A model generated the notes under the pieces. The model saw only the letters and a program-made list of their open reading frames with translations, did not search any database and was not told where the DNA came from. Of a stretch of 64,000 bases of DNA, positions 55,790-64,000 are shown piece after piece (positions within the stretch are counted from its first letter, which is position 1; each line of letters begins with the position of its first letter). A program made the position numbers and the translations under genes. The stretch is from Eledone cirrhosa (taxonomy: Eukaryota): assembly GCA_964016885.1 (NCBI GenBank), contig OZ024754.1, forward strand, positions 27,218,001-27,282,000, in the 5' to 3' direction.

Positions 55790-55926
55790 CGAAGGAGTTG
55801 TGGTAAGGAACCAGATGGACCATAACCCACCAGAGTACTCAATACTTAGGGTAGTAGAGTGGGTAATAGGAAAATGTATGTCCCCGACGGCAGAGCTCAA
55901 GCCGTTTCGACGGCTATTTCTGGACT
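55787..55926 (-). mobile_element. Family X copy without second arm
   Basis: Ends at ggctatttctggac-(TA)n, i.e. at the hairpin centre position. Confidence 0.88.
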
Positions 55927-56529
55927 ATATATATATATATATATAAAGAGAGAGAGAGAGAGAAATAGAGAGTGATGGAGAGACAGAGAGAGTGAAATAG
56001 ATACATAGATTCAAATATTCATATTAAAAAAAAAAATTATTTTTATTTAGCAATACAAAATAATAACACATTTTCTATATATAAGTGATTCTATGTATGT
56101 GTGTGTCAGTGTGTATGTCTGTGTGTCTGCATCTGTGTGTGCCTTTCTTTCTATGTGAATATGTATACATGATATCTGAATCAATAATAACGTGTAATCT
56201 CTATTGTTCCAGCATTTCTAACTTCCAAACCAGAACGGTGAGAGACAATAACAGAAAGCAACTATAAATGTAATTTAACAGATTTGCTCACTTATATAAA
56301 TTTTTCTTTATCACTTTATTTCTCTCTCATCTCTCTGTCTCTCCCTCTCTCATCTCTCTGACTCTCTCTCTCTCTCTCTCTCTCTCCCAATCTTTTTCTC
56401 CTGATCTCCCAATAAAATTGAGTTTAGTGTCGTAGAAAGATAAGCTGACTTCATGTACACACAGACACCGATCACACACATATATATATACCAATATATA
56501 TACCAATATATATAATTATATATATATAT

Positions 56530-56579
<50 letters not shown>

Positions 56580-56739
56580 GTGTGTGTGTGTATATAATTG
56601 TAAAAAAGACAAAACACAGTAGAAAATGCTGAGATATTCTCATAGAATAATAGCCAAACATTTATTTATGAAAAAGGAATTTATCGTACCGGTTTCAGAC
56701 ACGTGGGGTGCCTCATGCTACGGAAGTGTATAATAAAAT

Positions 56740-57085
56740 TTATAATGGAGTTGCAGTTTCGTCTGTGGTGGATGCATTTGAATGGGGTTCGTATTTAGTG
56801 ATAAATTGTGTTTTTTTTTTAATGCGCTGATTGTAGGAAGCCTTGTCTTTAAATTTGTAGAGAAGGAAATTTCTGAAATTGGGTTGTTCATTAGAGGCGT
56901 AGGTGGAAATGTGTTCACTCAGTGCTATTTTTTCTGTATTCCCGTATTTTAATTTGGTCATACGTTGATAAAGAGTGTTTTTAGTCTGTCCTATGAGCAA
57001 GTTAACACATGTATCAGGTTTTCTGATGCGTATGTGAAATTGTATTTGAAGTGGTCTTCCGCATTTTTTTAGTGTTGGTTTCGTT
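56740..57085 (-). pseudogene. Second PLE GIY-YIG endonuclease relic
   Basis: CVNLLIGQTKNTLYQRM...ALSEHI...QFITKYEPHSN; degenerate hammerhead just downstream (56681-56722). Confidence 0.65.
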
Positions 57086-57111
57086 GTATATACATATATA
57101 TACATATATAC

Positions 57112-57150
<39 letters not shown>

Positions 57151-57168
57151 CGTATATTTATATATATA

Positions 57169-57210
<42 letters not shown>

Positions 57211-57236
57211 TATAGATATATAATTATATATATATA

Positions 57237-57605
<369 letters not shown>

Positions 57606-57611
57606 AAACAT

Positions 57612-57822
57612 AAGGCGCGTGGCCTGAGTGGTTAGTAGATAGTTAGATTCACAATCGTGAGGAAGTGAGTTCAATTCCCGAATCGGGCGATGTGTTATGT
57701 CCTTTGGCAAGACACTTTGTTTCACGTTGCTCCTTCTACCTGGAGTTGCGACCGATAGAGAGTATTAGCAATTGGAAAGACCAATGGAAACATTGTCTCC
57801 TCGGTCGGATTTGACAAAAGTC
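57612..57822 (+). mobile_element. SINE family B
   Basis: A box tggcctgagtggt, B box gagttcaattccc, CORE-like gtcctttggcaagacactt. Confidence 0.85.
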
Positions 57823-58091
57823 AAATAAATTGAAAACCATACAATGCATTAGAAAGAAAATCAAGATTACTAAGATAACAACATAATTTTACCTTATCAA
57901 GGGAGTAACCCTATGAGAGACATAAAAGATCGCTCGGTGTTGACTTATTTCTTTGGAAAGCAGATTTAAGTTAAAACATATAAACTATCCAATTTGCTAA
58001 GGTAAGATTATTTTATCTTAACAATCTTGATTTTCTTTTTAGTGCATTGTATAGTTTTCAAAATTATTTGAATTTGTGTTTCCTATTCAAT

Positions 58092-58098
<7 letters not shown>
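57822..58098. repeat. Imperfect inverted repeat (~75-bp arms) ending in (TA)n
   Basis: ttgaaaaccatacaatgcattagaaagaaaatcaagatt / aatcttgattttctttttagtgcattgtatagttttcaa. Confidence 0.75.
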
Positions 58099-58149
<51 letters not shown>

Positions 58150-58374
58150 AGAATGTTTGACTAGTTTTGGCAACAACATTATGCTTTTTCTCTTAAATTC
58201 TCTCAATCTGTCTCCTCATCTCTTTCTCAATTATACAGGCGGACATATACATTCTTTTACTCTCTGTATATATCCATATCTATCTCTACATATATACACA
58301 CAGTGAGAGAGACCAAAAGAAAGAGTGTGTATGTGTGTGCTGGGGCACACACGCAAGCTCAGTCTCTCTCGCTT

Positions 58375-58495
<121 letters not shown>

Positions 58496-58880
58496 CGAGA
58501 GAGAGAGAGAGAGAGATAGAGAGAGTGAAATAGGGAGGGAGTGAAAGAATGGGATACCAAAAGAGAGAGAAACTGCGACAGCTAGAAATACGTGTGTGAG
58601 CCTTTGTTGGCATTGAATCAAACAATTTTTCCCAGATGTCTTACATTTTCTGCAAGCGATCAATTTCTGCATTTCCGTGTCCAAGAAACATTAGAGAGTA
58701 CCACTGTTGTCTCTTGAATACAGACAAAGAAATCTATTAAAAAAAATAAAAATACTTCGCCAATTTCATTTGCTAATGCCCTCGGCATTTAATATCACAC
58801 CTATAATATTAATCAGAATGACATTGAAGAGTCTTAAGTGAATTAACTAACACCAACAAACTCATCACAGTGGTGTTTCC

Positions 58881-59200
<320 letters not shown>

Positions 59201-59258
59201 GTATATATATATGTATATATATATGTATATATGTGTACATATGTATATATGTATATAT

Positions 59259-59348
<90 letters not shown>

Positions 59349-59723
59349 TAAGTTGAGACAGTAAACAAGAAAACAAAAAAAACAACGTGGCAGCGAAGAG
59401 GCAGTAGACATGTTAATATTAGTTTCATATATACATATATATCTAAATTACGTCTCCCGTGTATGTGGTTTTATAAGCAGATTGAGGCAGATACAAATCT
59501 GTTTACTAAGAGAGGTTCTAAGATGTGATACCAAAGTTACAAGCTCTGATTTCTGTTCGTTTTCAACTCATACATATATATGAGAATGCACCGCAGCCAT
59601 ATATGGGTTGAACATCCTTCCGGCGAAACACGTGTCCTCGAATATGGTTTGCTAATTTGTGGAACTAATGCTCTGTCTCTGTCTGTCTGTCTCTCTCTAT
59701 CCCTGTGTATATATATATATATA

Positions 59724-59915
59724 TAACGAAGGAAATGTGGTAAGGAACCAGGTGGACCATAACGCACCAAAGTACTCAATACTTGAGGTAGTAGAGTGGG
59801 TAATAGGAACCAGTAAGACCCCGACAGCTAAGCTCAAGCCGTTTCGACGGCTAATTCTGGACTCAGAATTAGCCGTCGAAACGGCTTGAGCTTAGCTGTC
59901 GGGGTCTTACTGGTT

Positions 59916-59919
<4 letters not shown>
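59724..59919 (-). mobile_element. Family X hairpin element (perfect 56-bp arms)
   Basis: 59804-59859 is the exact reverse complement of 59864-59919; (TA)n on both sides. Confidence 0.9.
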
Positions 59920-59994
<75 letters not shown>

Positions 59995-59997
59995 CTG

Positions 59998-60092
<95 letters not shown>

Positions 60093-60095
<3 letters not shown>

Positions 60096-60268
60096 TTATT
60101 CCGGGTTGAGTCGGAGGTAACCACAGTAAGTAAGGTACTCAATACATAGCAGAGTATAACTGTTTTAATATAGATGAGATTCTACAGGACTAGAACTGTT
60201 TCATTCTTTAGAAAGAGATTCCTGATGATTTCTAAAGAATGAAACAGTTCTAGTCCTGTAGAATCTCA

Positions 60269-60272
<4 letters not shown>
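60093..60272. mobile_element. Family Y PLE-type terminus: head-to-head inverted copies plus tail
   Basis: Perfect arms 60170-60214 and 60229-60273; tail homologous to 14200-14280; (TA)n on both sides. Confidence 0.85.
60215..60267 (+). ncRNA. Type I hammerhead ribozyme
   Basis: gagattc CTGATGA tttc-taaa-gaat GAAA cag-ttctagtc-ctg TA gaatctc; 7-bp stem I; U-U at the base of stem II. Confidence 0.75.
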
Positions 60273-60363
<91 letters not shown>

Positions 60364-60508
60364 ATGTGTGTGTGTATATATATATATGTATGTAAATATA
60401 TATATATATATACACACATATATATATACATATATATATGTGTGTATATATGTGTGTATATATATATATATATATGAATATATATATACATATATATATA
60501 CATATATA

Positions 60509-60580
<72 letters not shown>

Positions 60581-60600
60581 CATATATATACATATATATA

Positions 60601-60719
<119 letters not shown>

Positions 60720-60814
60720 CTGTATTTATAGACATATCTCTAGTTCTAGATATAGATTGTCAATGACTTAACTTCTGATACTTATAGCTGACTAGATAAA
60801 TGAGTTGTACTATT

Positions 60815-60913
60815 GAGGTTAACTTTGCCTTTCATCCTTACGGGGTCGATAAAATAAAGTACCAGTAATGTACTGGGTAATTGCTGCCCTTGTGCCAAAT
60901 GTAGAAACAATTA
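60815..60913 (+). mobile_element. 5'-truncated SINE A with TSD tattgaggtta
   Basis: TSD at 60811-60821 and 60912-60922. Confidence 0.85.
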
Positions 60914-61044
60914 TTGAGGTTATTAAATGAAACAAAAAACACATTATTCATCAGTATATGTTATGATTGTATTTTAAGAATTCAGCTGGAGTCAACGTTA
61001 TACTTAATGTTTATGTTCAAGTTTAACTGTTTCGAGCCTGGACA

Positions 61045-61298
61045 CTTATTAAGCCAGTAGTTGTCTCGGTTTCCGTGGTGTGAAGCGATTATGAGTGCAA
61101 GTCTCCTCCCTGGACAGAACACCAGTCCATCACAGTGATAAATCCCTAGCTATTGCTGGTACTTATTTTCAGCTGAGTATACTAGAGTAGGGTGAAATGA
61201 AGTGTGTTACTCACGAACACACCACACAACCCAGTCCAGGAATCGAACCCTAGACCTTATGATCGAAGGTCCAACACCCTTACCACTACGCTATGCGC
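61045..61298 (-). mobile_element. SINE family B-related copy
   Basis: Minus strand gcgcatagcgtagtggtaagggtgttgg...ggttcgattcctgg. Confidence 0.7.
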
Positions 61299-61690
61299 AA
61301 CGGTTATTCACCACCTCCCGCCCTCCGAACACTTAACAACAAGATAACAAAACACCCCCAGAAAATAGTAGAACAAGCCTCAATATATTCTTTGTTCCTT
61401 TTAAGAAATCTGTGTAAAGCTCTTACACGAGTATAACGATGTTCGTTGATTATTTACTATAGATGAAACTCCTGCTATAGAATCTGTTATAGTCGTTGGT
61501 TGGTTCAAGTTAGATGGAAGTAATTATAACAATTAGTAATAATCTTTTCGTGTAGAAGCTTGAATATCTACGAAGATTACTACATCTAAACAATAAGCAA
61601 CATATTTATCTATCTGTGTTCTGAAAAGAGACCGAGACAGGAATACATCGCTATTGTTCTTACAATCATCGCAAAATACACACACACACG

Positions 61691-61762
<72 letters not shown>

Positions 61763-62134
61763 TTCTTTCTCTTTTTTCTTCCATTTTTTTTCTTTTCTTT
61801 CTTTTTTCTTGCTCTCTCTCTCTCTCTTAAAATGTATCCGTGAATTCTATTCAATGTATATATATATATATATACAATATGTATATGTATGTATGTCTAT
61901 ATATATACAACATATATATTGTGGTAGATTTTAATTAAATTAATCATATTTGTTCCTTTTAATTTGTTGGGAAATATATATTTCCCCAATTTAATATCAA
62001 TGTATCTAGACTTTCACAGACTCATCATCAGGTTAGCAAGTCTTGTTACCTTCTACACAGCCTCTTTTATTATAAACATATGTCAAAACACATACATATT
62101 CTTCAACACATAATCTATTAAGTATATCCTGCCC

Positions 62135-62280
62135 TGGTTAGCTTTGCCTTTTATCCATATGGGGTGTTGATAAAATAAAGTACCAGTATTGCGCTGGGTC
62201 GATTTAATCGACCCCCCCCCCCCCCCCTCCCACCTCTCCAAATATTGTTGGTCTTGTGCCTATAGTAGAAATCATTATTA
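62135..62280 (+). mobile_element. SINE A 3' fragment
   Basis: gataaaataaagtaccagt...gtcgatttaatcgac...gtcttgtgcctatagtagaaa. Confidence 0.75.
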
Positions 62281-62775
62281 AGTAAACAACCTATCAAGTA
62301 ATCCTGATACTTCTTGGTATCATTTTCGGTAATAAATCTTCCATATATTTATTCAATTAACAGAAATATCTCCTTATTTACCAAATAGTAACGGTCAGAG
62401 TATTGTGTACAGATTTATAAACCTGGAGTAATCTTTGGGCAGAATCTACACGACAATGTATAACAAGTTTTGAAGTCTATTTCTGCAATATATGCAACTG
62501 ACAGTTTTTTTTAGACTAAAGTCACATTCAGCATTTTTGTCGCCTAATGTCCTAATATTATTTTCCTAATTAGTAATTGTCACTATAAATTCTTATTACT
62601 AATTAGTTCTCTATAGTACCCGAAGCATCACTTGGGAGTGAATAGATAGAAATTTCACCAGTGCCATATATGACTAACTCAATAATGCTTAAATCATCAA
62701 TATTCCACGTAGAAAGCAATTAACTGCTAAGTGAATACGTTGCAAAAACTGCCAGCTATCACAAATGCTTGCATA

Positions 62776-63035
62776 AGGGTGGTGGATTGGTAGAGCGTCG
62801 GACGACATGCTTTATGATATAAAGTTATGCTCGTTAGCGTTTGTTTGGACGTTAAGTTCTAAAAAGACAGACACAACGAGCAGAGAAGAAGAGAATTCAA
62901 ATCCCGCCAAGCTTATCTTTGCCTTTCATCCTTACAAGGTCGATAAAATAAATACCAGTAAAATACTGGGGTCGATTTAATCGACTTTCCCCTCCCCCAA
63001 CATTGCTGTCCTTGTATCTATAGTAGAAATCATTA
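62776..63035 (+). mobile_element. SINE A copy with internal insertion
   Basis: agggtggtggattgg head; ttcaaatcccgcc...gcctttcatccttac. Confidence 0.75.
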
Positions 63036-63180
63036 TAAATGCTTGCCTGCAATAATAAGTGCTATCTCGCAAGTTTCATATTTTCTTCCCTTAAAATAGT
63101 AATAATTGAACCGTTGTTAAACATGTGTTATGTAGGGTCTGAACATTTATACAGAGGTGACACTACTAAATCAGGAGAAT

Positions 63181-63458
63181 AAGCACCCAGTCCACACTGT
63201 AAAGTGGTAGTGTAGGAGTCACGACAAAAAGCACCCAGCCAACACTGTAAAGTGGTAGTGTAGTTGTCACTACAAAACGCACCAGTCCACACTGCAAAGT
63301 AGTCATGCAGGTGTCACGACAAAAAGCACCCAACACACACTCTAAATGTGGTTGGCGTTAAGGACATACAGCTGTAGAAATCTAGCCTGGGACAACACGT
63401 CTAACCTATGATGGCGTGGAAGCAGGATATTAAACGGTGATGATTATGATGATGATGA
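63181..63458 (+). repeat. SINE/LINE-tail-like sequence with ~48-bp unit repeated ~4 times and a (GAT)n end
   Basis: aagcacccagtccacactgtaaagtggt...gtcacgacaaaa units; ends gtggttggcgtta...ttaaacggtgatgattatgatgatgatg. Confidence 0.7.
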
Positions 63459-64000
63459 GTATGAATTTCCAACATTAGCAAAGCTAGTAGGCTAGCCATT
63501 ATGCAGGGCTGTTAGGTGTAAGGAAAGGTTTTAATATAGTGTTCTGATAGATTTATGGGACTTATGACGAGATGGAGATACACGTGTTGGATGACGGTTA
63601 AACATGGGGAAACCCTATTTGAAGTATTCGTAGGGGCGCCTTTGTAGTATTCGGGGTCTTTGGGGCATTAACACCTGGTAGAAGTGATACCTCTCCAGGT
63701 TGGAAAGCAGCCGATTTTTTCAAGAGAAAATATAGTGAGAGAGTGAGCAGTAGTGTGAGAGAGATATACACGAGAGGAATCGACACGAGTTTTGAACAGG
63801 CACTTCGTTTATCGACCTCCTCGAACTGAAGAGAAGCAGGGCAGAACTCTACTGGATTTGACATTAAAGTGTAGAGTGGCAAACGAAACATGGCAAAACA
63901 TTCTATGTGAAGCTCGTATGAATTTGATAGGACAATAATATATTTAAAAAAATTCAGATCTCTTGTTAAAATTGTATTAATGACTGGTGCAATTCTATTC

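Noticed and set aside
59615-59642. GAAA-cacgtg-TC hammerhead 3' half
   Set aside because: No CTGANGA or stem I partner found upstream.
62001-62040. Minus-strand CTGATGA...GAAA hammerhead-like words
   Set aside because: Stems I and II do not pair well; at best a decayed relic.
63181-63350. CRISPR-like repeat array
   Set aside because: Contiguous diverged tandem units without unique spacers; eukaryotic context; no cas genes.
63598-63891. 97-aa minus-strand ORF with a hydrophobic stretch
   Set aside because: No recognisable domain; the hydrophobic part comes from CT/CA-rich sequence; no splice support. Cannot be excluded without RNA-seq.

Overview
Animal genomic DNA that is very AT-rich and saturated with (TA)n, (CA)n, (GA)n, (TAA)n and (TATC)n microsatellites. 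The SINE and microsatellite profile suggests a coleoid cephalopod such as an octopus, but that is inference. No host gene exon can be supported, and almost all short ORFs in the track are microsatellite translations. The one long ORF (3736-7104, 1122 aa) is an apparently intact R4/Dong-clade non-LTR retrotransposon (RT, CCHC knuckle, restriction-like endonuclease) ending in (TAA)n; a second, 5'-truncated copy follows immediately. Other relics are two Penelope-like element (PLE) GIY-YIG fragments, two RTE LINE fragments, many copies of two tRNA-derived SINE families and several Tc1/mariner/pogo-type MITEs. The most interesting signal is non-coding: short PLE-type termini from several families sit in (TA)n tracts. 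They carry type I hammerhead ribozyme motifs (one near-intact at 60215, one U3-A8 covariant at 18755, one with a ~108-nt stem II at 33276). One ~200-bp family has 8 copies, 5 of which form ~55-90-bp-arm hairpins centred in hammerhead stem II, with copy-specific variants shared by both arms. All structures were read by eye and none is computationally or experimentally validated.
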